The notes under the pieces are model-generated. The model made no database searches, was not told the DNA's origin, and worked only from the letters and a program-made list of their open reading frames with translations. The translations under genes and the position numbers were made by a program. From positions 210,845 through 274,844 of the forward strand of contig JAQGDQ010000307.1 of NCBI GenBank assembly GCA_030141605.1: DNA of 64,000 nucleotides, read 5' to 3'. The stretch's first letter is position 1. The number at the start of each line of letters is the position of its first letter. The stretch is from Tubiluchus corallicola. Lineage: Eukaryota; Animalia; Priapulida. Shown here piece after piece: positions 1 to 11,554 of this stretch.

Positions 1-1660
1 GCACTATAATGATGTGGCATAAAGGTAACGACGACTGTACATCGACAGCAGGTCTACGTCACGTGTAATAAATTTAAATTAAGCTACGAAATAGTGCCTT
101 TCATTGTCATTCATTATTAATGTCTTCATTTTCAAGTCTCAAAATATTAATTTTACCATACTACAGAGTCAGTAGAAGAAATTTTGTATTTAGCTTCTTT
201 CAGTACAGTTCAGCACTGTGAATTACCATGTTCAGTGTGCTTCATAAATGTTACATCATTTGCAAATTAACTGTCTTACACGGTGATCTTGTTTCCAATT
301 CCTATAACGGTCATAACCCAATAAAAACTGTTATAGTGGCTAAATTTTACAGGTGCGTAATTCACACTCTATGAAGCGTATTGATTTGAATTTCTAACAC
401 GGCATGTAGTTGATCTGAAAAGCCGCGACTGCTTATATCCGGTGCGTGTTATTACAATTAGACAAACTGTTTTCTTCACCTTATAGTTTTTAAGTCTTGT
501 CACACTTTGTTTGGAATTTTTCAAATGAGATTATTAATTATCAGTCTCAAACTTTCCAAGTTAGTACTCATTTTTTTCACAACGCTGCTTATTTAGGTAC
601 GCCCCTCGGAGTTCTAGCTGAGTACTTCCGTTAACTGTGGCTAAATAACTGTGCAGTTTGAAAGGTTGTTCAACCTATGGTGCGACATAAATTATAATGT
701 TTGAAGAACAGAAATAGACAGTGATTATTCATGAAAAAATAAGATCCGTAAGTTAATACTCAATTGTCAAAATTAAATAATTTTGACTTTCCAGGTTTCG
801 TAAAGCATTACGCATAGCTCTAGTACGACTGAGAAAATAAAGCTTTGTAGCCTAGCTAGGTAACATAATACAAAAATGGCCAGTTATCATACTAATGCTA
901 TGTATGTTATATTTTATCTATGTCATAAACAATACAGGTTGCAGTCAAAAAGTAGAAAATATTGAAATTACATGCTAGAATGGCCTCATTAGCTCAGAAT
1001 CGGTTGGATAGGTGACCTGTAAAGTAATATTATGTACACTTCCAGAGCCCAAGTTTGTCTATTTTAGGCTTTTCGTTTCCTTGGATTTTTTGTTTGCAAT
1101 TTTAAATTTCAAATAAAGCCGCCAAATTTGTCAATACAGCTAATACCTAAATAGCCTATACAGGCGATATGTTTTCCATAACCTGCTTAACTGACCCTTC
1201 AATATTACAGGATGTTGTTCCTTTCCAGTCGAGTTTCTTTTTACTACTGTCATTTTAGTGTAAAAAGCAGACATTTTGGCACAGCATTTATTCATTGCTA
1301 AAGCATTTTAACTATCATACACAGCTCGCTTAACAGGATTTAGAAACAACAAATAATCTCAGTAAAGTACTCGTCATTATTTTGCGTTATGGGTGTTTGC
1401 AATGTATAAAATTGTGTTTGGTCATCAAAATCTCAATACCAAACAAATCAGTTGTCCACATGTCGAATAGGTAAATTGTGAAGAGTTGATGAATGCCATA
1501 GTGTCGTTAATCTGGGAATCTGCATTTGTGTATCTGTCTGGTTATGTCTACATGGGTCTTTGTGCGTCTAGACAGTATGGACGTGTAGTCTTAAAACCAG
1601 TACAACTGAGTATAATCTTGAAATAAACAGATTATGTAATAATAAAACAAGTGTACTTAC

Positions 1661-3097
1661 ATGTTGGATTCCAGTTACTCCTAAACCAAAGTTCTGATAA
1701 TTGAAGATGCTGTACCAACCAAACACTTTGTGATTGTCATCAAATTCAAAAGCACTACCGTCATAGTTAAACGCAGCTTGCTTGATACCCTTAAAAATCA
1801 ATGTGTTTCTGTTTGGATGATTTCTTAGGCCATAGCACATGTCAGGTGTCTGGCATGTACGGTTATGGGCTGCAGTTACACCGTGAATAATGGCATCAAA
1901 AGCCTGAATTGTCAGTGTTGAAATCGGATGGGGTTGGAACACGCTGGCTAGGGTTTTATTTGAAGAACACGTAACACCATAAAGACGCGGATGGTCTGGT
2001 AGGTCACATCGAAATTGATCCATCCAGTATCTGGCAAACCATGGATTGCGTTTGTTTGTCTCTGGTTTCAAGGATTGAAAGTATGTGTTGAATGCCGGAA
2101 TGCCTATGGTTTCTGTCCTCACAATAATAGCACCTAGAGCAAGCTGCAGTTCTGGCCTAAGTCCTGAAACCCAGACTTCTGGGCCAATCCATGTAAAAAG
2201 CCCAACTGCATCATTGCGTTCAGCAGCTTGAAGAAACGGACGAGCAAAGTTGACATTAGTGATGATGACAACAGCTCTTGCATTTGTGTAGTTTTTCAGT
2301 TCACGAATAATGTGGTAAATTTGTGTGCGACTAGCGATGAGTGGAAACTCCTGCGTTGTTGCAATGCAGATGTCGTTCTCGATTGCTTTTTTCTGGAATA
2401 AGCGATATCCTGTCCTACCAAATGTATTGTTTGTGTACACAACGGACACGTACTTGAATCCGATGTGGTCTATCAATGATATGAAAACATTTATGAGATC
2501 ATGGTCAGTTGGAGCTGCACTTAGAAGATATGGCAGCTCATCCCTCCTGTCACCCAGATCTTCGCCATAAGTTGGACTAACCTGAGGCTTCTGAACATTC
2601 CTTCCAATGGCCTCAGAAGCATCACCATGAAGAGCACCCACATATGCAACAGCATTGTTTGGCAAAATTTGCGCATATTTTCCGAAACGAAGTGTGCAAG
2701 TTTCGAAATTTACCACCTCATAAACAGCTTTCTGTGTGCTGAAACAGTTATCGAATATTATTGTTCCGATGTCAACGTCAGCCAGTTCTCGTCCAATGTA
2801 AGGATACCGCTGCTTCACCGTGTCCAATGCATAGAGGAAGGATTCTACTGCCTGGAGACCCACCTCGCTTTGTAAGTCACCGCAAGTAAATGGAGTCAAA
2901 CCAGATCCTTGGATGGAGAACACCGCGGGAATGACGAGATCATTGGAGTACACCTCCACGTGAGGATCTTTGTAGTCCAGTTTGGCTTCACATAAAGGAT
3001 AGATTGGAAATTGCGCTGATTGACAGTTTGCACCACAGATAAGAGCTAGAAGCAGGAAAACTAATTTCACTTCTCTAGTCATGTTGTATGGGGACAT
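1661..3097 (-). CDS. First coding exon of a class C GPCR / metabotropic glutamate receptor-like protein (signal peptide + Venus flytrap/ANF-receptor domain); gene continues beyond the left edge of the window
   Basis: Lies within ORF 1568..3157. Acceptor TTTTACAG| opens the exon at 3112; ATG at 3097 (or 3082) is followed by a hydrophobic signal peptide (KLVFLLLALICGANC). mGluR-family motifs: 'GLQAVESFLYALD', 'IGTIIFDNC', 'KYVSVVYT', 'ENDICIA', 'NARAVVII', 'FTWIG', 'PETNKRNPWFARYWMDQFRC', 'YSIFNYQ'. Donor |GTAAGT follows 1661, so the ORF tail 'STLVLLL...' is intronic. Confidence 0.85.
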
Positions 3098-4257
3098 CCA
3101 TTGGGAAACAACCTGTAAAATTAATTTTTGGATCACGTCAAATACAATAACAGACACCGAAGCAAATTTTACCCTTGTTCAAAAGATTGAATGTGATATA
3201 TGTAAGTAAGTTTATTAAAACAAACACATTACAGTTGAAATACTAAATGACTGTATTTGTATAAAATTACAAATAGTAAAAAAAACAGAATTAAAATTAA
3301 AATACCACAAAGATTTGCTAAACAATATTAATTTTCCACGTATTTTATATAGAAATATATGTTTAAAATAAAAGAATCACATACCCAGAGAAAAACATGA
3401 GCTATGCACGTCAACCGTTAAAAAATGTAACTAAATTTTCCAAAACGTTTAATTTGATTTTCTGTGGTCTTGACATTTAATAATCTAATTAAATATTGTA
3501 AAGGCGACGAATAATGTCAGTTCTACATTTTTCTTCAATATATTTTTCTTTATTTCTAGTCGATCTTAAAGCTGTTTGTTCTCTTGTTGGTGAAATGAAT
3601 TTGCTATGTTTAGGATATTTTAATTTGGTTCCCAATTTTAAACACGAATTAGTTCGCCCTTCTTGCAGTAATTCTAATTTTAAATCAGCAAGCGCATTTT
3701 GATGCGTTCTAAAATTATTATTTTGCATACCTATACCTTTTATACGCTCTTACAGTGGTATTATCAAAACTTGCACGTTGAATTGTAAATTCAACAATTA
3801 TTTGCTTGAGACTTGATTAATTAGGAAAATTGTTTTTTTCTTAATTCTCTCATTCATTTCTTTTTAATTTTTTAATAATTTTTTGTAATAGACAAACAAT
3901 TTTAACTTTTGGATAAACCTACATATTATCCAATATCCCTTTTAAAGTTTGGAACTAAATTCATCTGAAAAGAAGGAAATGCGAATTACTGAGATTGACT
4001 TTACCATAACGGGCTGGGTGGTGCATGCTTGTAATTCAAAGGTTCTTTGTTCAAAGTCAGGATCGGTCCTCTGACTTCCTCTTAAGAGCTTCACTTTATA
4101 ATTAATTCTGTATTTAAATCAAACACGTCACTTTGTAGTTTCACACAGTCTGAAACCATTGGATTAGTTACTAGAAGAACGCGTTTTATCCATTTTATTT
4201 TTTCTGTCGTATGCTTTCTTCAATATTGCCAAGCAGCACAACCCACACACGCACCCA

Positions 4258-4271
4258 TACACACACACACA

Positions 4272-4336
<65 letters not shown>
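4258..4336. repeat. (CA)n microsatellite
   Basis: About 40 near-perfect CA units, directly visible; explains the spurious VCVCVC ORF 4164..4382. Confidence 0.97.
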
Positions 4337-4339
<3 letters not shown>

Positions 4340-6596
4340 CACGCATGAATGGTATATTATATATATATATATCCACATTCAATACTCAATTACTTATTAA
4401 CTTGTCAGCATTTATGTGCGTGAAATTTGCATATAAATTTAAAAGTTCATACTTTTCAAAATTGTTATAGTCGCAGCCAAGCACTGTGATTTCAAGCTAC
4501 GCATTTCCCATTTATTGCAGTGTTACAATGAAGGGCATAACCTTACCTATTCACCTTAGGAAATCAGAGCTAATCTATAATTCAAGATATAATTATTTTG
4601 TTAATAAAACGTATAACGTATGTATTGTTATGCATATGGACGTAAGATTCAATGGATGTCAAACGAAACGTGAAGATTTTTCGTGAACTCTCGAATTTGC
4701 TCTCACTTTTAATCTGCTAAATAGTAATCCTAGCATAATGGTTTATTGCACATTTTATTGACTCGTCTGTGAATCTGCTCTGTTACTCGTAGAGAAAACT
4801 TGTTTCAAATAAATCTAGTGTGTGTACGTTCACTTTTTACCCTCATTTGATCACACTTTAAACATAAATTAAACGAAGTTTGACAAGAGTTTGTTTGATT
4901 CAGTATCTGTATTTACAGCTACCTCATGTATGGGTTAAGCCTCCTGGGAGTTGTTTTATCTATTGACAAACCTATTATGTAATTTCAACTATTATTAGTG
5001 TTAGTTATTGTAGCCAAATTCTGTTGCACGTTACCTTTCTTTGCACAATAAGTACGAAAACATTTCTTGTCAAATTCATAACAAGAACGCATACAAAAGT
5101 TCTGACATACATATTGTAAAAAATAAAAACAAACGAAGTGAGATGAAATATTAGGGTAAATTTACAGGAAAAAATCAACTATATACATTCATAAAGTAAA
5201 GTGAAATTAAGAAAAAGCATAATAAAATAATATTGCATTTTGCAATAATTATGTTGCAGTTTAGCTGTTCGTTTCACAAAAATGCAAACTTTGGTTTTAT
5301 ATGAATTTACAGGTTCACTTCGTATCATTTTTTGTTCGCATCACTGCTGCTAAATGTAATACTGATCGAAGCTTTCCACTTCGGATTCTTCAATGCTGTA
5401 ATTTTATGTTATTTTTTAGAATGTTGAAGTTACCTAAGATGGTGTGAATGTAGTCGCTATTCCAGCATAAAGGCAACATGTAAAAATTAGTAAAACGCAC
5501 TGTACTAAATACAAGGCTTTTTGGTTTTCTATAAACACCAAATTTAAACTTACACCCTTTTTGTATTAAATTATTTCTGACGTATCCTGTTTCTATGCTA
5601 AAAAGCATAATAGAATAATATTGCATTTGCCATATGTTACAGTTACATTCTTTTCATTTAAATTGAAAGGCTGGCTTTATAAAAATTAACAATTAAATTC
5701 CGCTTTTACAAAACGATTTAACAGATTCAATTGTGTTTGTAAGTCTTCTTGGAGTTAACTCGATAAAACCAGCAAGCAAACGTAGTTTTTCAGTAAGAAT
5801 TGCCCAAGTCATTTCCGTCTAAATATTCACCCATTTCACTCTAGTATACAGAGAGAATAACACAAACAAAAAATGATCCTTCCAAACATCTCTAGAGCAT
5901 TTTTACTGCGCGTTTTTCACGAAAAATGTTCAGTGCTTTCGTATACTTGCAACTGTGTGTAAGTCAGTCCTATTATTATTCCACTTTACCAAATCAAACT
6001 TTTTACAGGAATTTTTTGCACTAACAGCAAATGACTATAGCGTGTATTGAACAATCTCATTAGCGCACATAATATGTGATCCACTCGTTATTATTCACAT
6101 GCAGTCAATGCAGTGCCAAAAATCACTCGAACGATGTCAGTGCATCATTAACTACCGCTATATTACTTTCTTACTTGCTCTTCAAACAATACGGTGTGTG
6201 TTCAAATCAAATTAGAGGTTATTAACACGCGTGCCCAGAGTCCAGGCTTTCCTCCTGGACACAAGAGGCACATTCTAATTTTGGTGAACAAACAGAATAG
6301 ATTATTTTTGGGTTAGAGACCTCAGCAGCGTTAGTTTACCTCTGCATTGTCGCACAGGTAACAGGATTACCCCAGTGAAGTCTCGGTTAGCGCATGGAAT
6401 AATGACGTATAAAGATGAGAAGCGGTCATCGTGTATTAACAAACATTACAACGATAATGTCATTATGAAATCAAAATGCGAATTTGTTAAACCATTGCAG
6501 TGATCAACTTCAAAATCCAAAGCGCAAGGATAACACTCGATAGTCATGAAAATGGGTGGCTGGCTGCCTGTTGGACAGGTGAAAGTACGGACGACA

Positions 6597-6765
6597 GAAG
6601 GGAGAGAGAGGGGGCGGAGTGAGAGAGAGGGGGAGGGGAAAGGGGAGGGCCGCAGAGGTGATTGAGGAGAGATAGAAAGAACAAAAGAAAAAGAAAAAGG
6701 AGAGGGGAAGGAGAGAGACAGAGAAGTAGGAGTAATGGAGAGAGGAGAGAGAGAACGAAAAAAAG
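6597..6765. repeat. Purine-rich (GA/GGGA) low-complexity tract upstream of the mGluR-like gene
   Basis: Almost only G/A on the plus strand (gggagagagagggggcggagtgagagagagggggaggggaaagggg...), inside a CpG-containing region. Confidence 0.85.
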
Positions 6766-7338
6766 ATCGAGTGATTAAGTTACTCACTTATACGATCGAG
6801 TTACAACTTCATTATTCATACACGAGCGCAACGACTATTAGGAACGATTTTTGCTCAGTGACTGGGACTATTTTATCATTAGAGACGTCTTTATCTTCCT
6901 GGTTTTGGGGGTCAAAAGTAAGTTCGTCATAACAGAAATTTCACTTCCTACTCTAGTGTAAAACAAAGCATGGCTTGTAAGCAAGAAAGCGAAAGTAGTT
7001 TTACGATTGACAACTTAATGAAGTTATTGATAGCGTAACAGCAGGTATTGCTATTACAGGCTTGATGGGCATTATGTTTCCAAACAAGGCAAGTCTGTCT
7101 GCTCAAGAGGAACTTCTGGAAAGGAGTTCAAAAGACAATACATTAACTACTAGTTATTGTAAAACGGGAAAATTTATCGCTAATTAATATTATTGCACGA
7201 ATTTTCGCGTGTACTAATTTTAGTAATTATTATATTATTATTGAATTAATTGAAGTGATTATTTCACTGCAATTTCTTCCACATGAGAACTCTTTGCTAC
7301 AGACGTGAGATAATAGGATCGTCCTATAGTAAGCACAA

Positions 7339-7470
7339 GGGGCTGCGTGGTCCATCGGTCATGGCGTTGAGCTTGTGATCGATTTATCTCCGGTTCAAAT
7401 CCACGGCCTGTTTTTCACATTTTTTTCTTTCAGTCAAGTTCGTTTTCATAACTTAATAATCGTGGAATCA
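7339..7470 (+). mobile_element. tRNA-derived SINE-like element (copy 1)
   Basis: GGGGCTGCGTGGTCCATCGGTC (A-box-like), then GGTTCAAATCC (Pol III B-box, 7392-7402), then a tail 'tttttcacat...tcaagttcg...ttaataatcgt' shared with the copy at 8855. No intact acceptor stem. Confidence 0.6.
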
Positions 7471-8854
7471 TCCCAAATTTTTAAGATCGGCTACTAATCC
7501 TATTAATTATAAATCTAATAAACGTGTATGCATACTTTCTCAAATACAGTTACAGACTTAGGTATAAGAATGGAATGATTACATGATACGTATATTAAAC
7601 GTATCAATTATTTAGCTTTGGTTAAAATAGACAATTAAAAAAATCGAGTGACCGAAGGATTTTGCTAGTAGCTCTGCTAGGTCCTTGAAAAAAATTGCGT
7701 TAATGTAGACACTGTTTAATCGAAATTTCCATTCTATTGATAAACCTTGAACGCTCTAGCAAACGATTAATAATTAATAAAATTAATGTACAGTTAAATT
7801 AGCGACTTCTCTTAAGTTACATGTACATGTATTTTTGCTGAAAAAAATTGAAAAAATAATTGAAATTGATTTACCTTTCGATAATAATTTTCTTGCGCAT
7901 GACTTTGCCAAAAGCAGCAGCCCTAGTCTACATCAAAGTAAAACGAAAAAGTTTTTCTCAAAGTTTAACAAATCCACACGATTTTGTTTTCGTTAAGCAT
8001 GCGGAAATATTAACTTAATTGCGGAACTACTGCAGCCGCAACACTGAATGCTTTATTCACTGCTATTATTTTCATCGGTGATTAAAAGACGCTCATGTAT
8101 AATCTTACAGACTTTTTCACGGGGAGAAGTTAACACAGACTGCGTTCTGTCCCTGCCACAGTAAAGCGACGCTCTCTGCTCCATTTGCTTCAAGCTTGAG
8201 TTCAGTTGGTTTACTCACGTGGTTCTTTGTTGGTTGTTCAACTATTCCATGAACAAGACTCACAGTTTTGCACGAAAATGTTGCACATAACGAAGGAATT
8301 CATTTATCTGTGTAGTTTTTATATAATAACGATGTATTTTATTTCTTAAGAAACATTAAGCATACAAATTTAGTAACCAGCTCAAGCATCCCTTCAACCC
8401 CTTTCTGCTGTTACAACAATAATGGACACGACGCGATAGCGGTTTTCAGCAAAGCTAACATATCCTGCGTACATAAAAGGGGAACCTGATTGAGATAATT
8501 AGACAATAATACTAATAACTGTACCGGTTTTTGTTGGCAATGTGTAACTGTATCAAAAGCGACAATTTTCATCTTAAAACTTGTTGAAAATTTACACACG
8601 TGGGGTTATAAAGGGCATGAAACCATGAACTTGACAAACATACACTTACATCCAAAAATATAGCTACGCTAATCATATTAATGCTCTTGCAGACAGCTTA
8701 AAATGGCATTTACCTTTTTTACAGCCCAATTAGGCACAGTAATTTCAGGTTGAAAATTTATCAAAATTAAAATTAATATAATTAGTTAGAAAGATATTGG
8801 AAATGTTGAACTTGTCAGCTATAAATGATGAACCCTTTGGCTGTCATAATCACC

Positions 8855-8990
8855 GGGGAGCACAGTAGTCTAGTGGCTTATTGTGTATGCCTTGTAAGCA
8901 GAAGGTCTCTGGTTTGAATCCAGGCTGTTCAAACTTTTTCACATTTCCCGTCTTTCAAGTTCGATGTCAAAATTTAATTAATCGTAGATT
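8855..8990 (+). mobile_element. tRNA-derived SINE-like element (copy 2)
   Basis: GGGGAGCACAGTAGTCTAGTGG (A-box-like), anticodon-arm-like GCCTTGTAAGC, GGTTTGAATCC (degenerate B-box, 8911-8921), and the same tail 'tttttcacatt...tcaagttcg...ttaattaatcgt' as copy 1. Confidence 0.6.
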
Positions 8991-10399
8991 TGCACCATCA
9001 TCAACACATGAATTATCTAAATGTTTTTTTACAAAATGTATTACTGATTTAAAACACGAACGTGTTAAATTTCATCATTTTTGACGATTTTTTATTCATT
9101 TGCTACAAATTAAATAGATAAAAAAATTATTTTTCTAACACTATCATAATTTAAACTTGAGTTTTCATTGACAAGCTGTTACAATACAAATCTGTTACTT
9201 TATATGGGCCAACATATAAAGCGAAATTATTACATAATTTAAAAAGAACAGTAACTCAGCTACAGTGTTAAATAATCAAACTACCTATAACTTAACCAAA
9301 AAAATCATAAGAAATTATAGCGTGACTATTTGTCTTTCTCATAGTTTCCTATCTATTATCGTAAAGAATATAGTGTGCTTTATACAGTGTAATTAATAGA
9401 TTACAGTGATAACATAATTTTTTGGAATAATCAATGATACAATAGGTCCATACAAGCATTAAAAACTGTCATACTTTTAAAGTTCAAAGACAAAAGTTCA
9501 CTAGAACCAATATACTATGTTTTACAAAGAGCTGTGAAACGAGGCCATTATAACATTATTAAAAAGCATCGAACCTTGCAAATGACTTCCTATTTGCAGA
9601 GTTTTCAAAAGTCTCTAAATATATAATTTTGCAATTTACATGTTACGTTCGTTACTGACACTGCCCAACAGGAACCATTCACCTTCACAGTTATTCCTTA
9701 CTATCTGACTAGTAAAAGACTGAAAATTTAATGTATACACTAGAAGTTTTTCTTATTGTAATTATTTGGCCCATTCTAGTCACCTGGCATCAAAGACTGG
9801 AATGTTTTGTTTGAATGGCAAGATTAGTTCCAAGCTCCATAACATAGCTGAAACATTCTAGAAGATTCATATAACAGTTTATAACTTATCAAATTTTAAA
9901 GAATTAATAGTTTTACAAGGTTAAATTTAGTAACAAACAAATTTTGATGTTTTGCTGAATCTGCTTGTGCACCAACTACAATTTCTTACACTGGCCTGAA
10001 TTCTTAAAAAATATGCAATAGTGAAATAGTTGATCAGTTGAGTATCAATGACCTGAGTCAAATGAAGACGTGATAAACTGTGCTAAAAAGTGGGAAGGAA
10101 ACATGCATAGACTGTTTAAGCTTGAAAATGTGTGAAAGTCATTAGTCAGGACACACTTGAAGCCATGTGTGAAAATGCCAGTTGTGTGGAAAGATGAGCA
10201 AAAGTGTTTGTGGGAGCTGTGTGAACTGAAGTCATCTGAACACCTTATGAAAACATCTTAAGTGGCTTAAAGGAAAACTGGATGATTGTTTAGACTCAAT
10301 CTCATCTTAATTTACTGTCCAATATATATGTTTTCTTGCCTATAAAAGTTAACAATTGTTCCTTATATTTGAATAATTAGCTTAGAAAGTTAATTAACG

Positions 10400-10720
10400 G
10401 CAACAGAACACAGCTATTGCTTACGTCAGAAACTAACCACAGTTTGTGCAATGGCAGGCGTCTTCCCTTGAGCGTCAAGCAAATTTGCATAGGTGTTACA
10501 GTATTGTTTAAACGCATGATGTCACGAAAAATGGGTTTTACATCATATGACGTCTGAAACTAACACAGCGGTTCATGATCATGGTAATCACGGTACCGTC
10601 TTCTATATGTCGGCCACGCGCACGTGACAAAAAGGCGCCGCTGCCAATCTTAGTGGATTCACTGAGCCGTGCGTAGCTTTGAAAGTTTAACGAAATTTAA
10701 GTATCCGAGGTAATTATTAT
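10400..10720. promoter_or_regulatory. CpG-rich promoter-like patch with E-box, CCAAT box and outward-facing splice donors
   Basis: Local CpG enrichment in an otherwise CpG-poor region; CACGTGAC at 10621-10628; CCAAT at 10644-10648; minus-strand donor GAC|GTAAGC at 10424; plus-strand donor GAG|GTAATT at 10710. Confidence 0.4.
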
Positions 10721-11554
10721 TTAATCTAAGCTTTGATTTAAAAGAAACTATTGTAATTTTCAATATTTTAGAGCATTCTTTATTCTGAACTCGTGTTTAC
10801 ACAATCATCCGGTTTTCTTTTAAAAACTAGTAAAGATTCTCGAACCCATTTGAAGAGTGACGATATATTTGGATATGTTTGAAACAAATTGAAGAAATGG
10901 GAAAATATTGGGAGATGTGTGAAATGAGGATGTGAGTGAAGCCATGTGAAGACATTAAAGTGTCAGAAAGTGGGTGAAGCTGTCTGAAGATGTATGAAAA
11001 TATCCCCAAAGTGAATATTCTGAAAGGTTTTAATATAAGTTTTTCCTGTAAGCCAATCAGTATTTGAGTCACTACATTTGTATTTATTGCTAATGCACAT
11101 GTGATCGTAATGTTTTCTTCAAATAAATTATTGTTTAAAACTAAGTGACGTTTATGTTAAACTATATACATACAGAATTTCTACATTGAACTGTGAAGCC
11201 CACAAGAATAACCTGGCAATGCCATCAGACGCATACGTAAAATCTTTCGAAGATGTATGAATTGCGTTTGAATGATATATAATTTGATTAAAAATTGAAA
11301 AAGCAATTTAAAATTTTTCTGGTTCAGGTATTACTCTATTTTCAATCACAATTAGGTTGTTTGTGAGTATAGGCCCTGAACTCATTTAGATAATTTTATT
11401 CTTGGTTTTAAGTCACTTATAGATTATACTTCAAATAATTACTAAGTTCTGTAATAATAATACAGACAAACTCAACATATGCTGAAAATAAGTAGCTGCA
11501 GCAGCTCAATACCGTGAACTAATTCATGAAAACTTTAAATCTTAAACTGCTGTA

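Noticed and set aside
1568-1660. Hydrophobic C-terminal tail of the 529-aa ORF, read as a single-TM receptor
   Set aside because: A consensus donor GTAAGT at 1660 falls where the VFT domain ends, so the hydrophobic tail is AT-rich intron read-through.
4164-4382. ORF with a VCVCVC repeat
   Set aside because: It is a translation of the (CA)n microsatellite.
6446-6932. Ser/Pro/Leu-rich and Glu/Arg-rich ORFs
   Set aside because: They are artefacts of the GA-rich low-complexity tract.
7339-7412. Functional tRNA gene
   Set aside because: The acceptor stem does not pair and the tail is shared with a second diverged copy; SINE or pseudogene is more likely.
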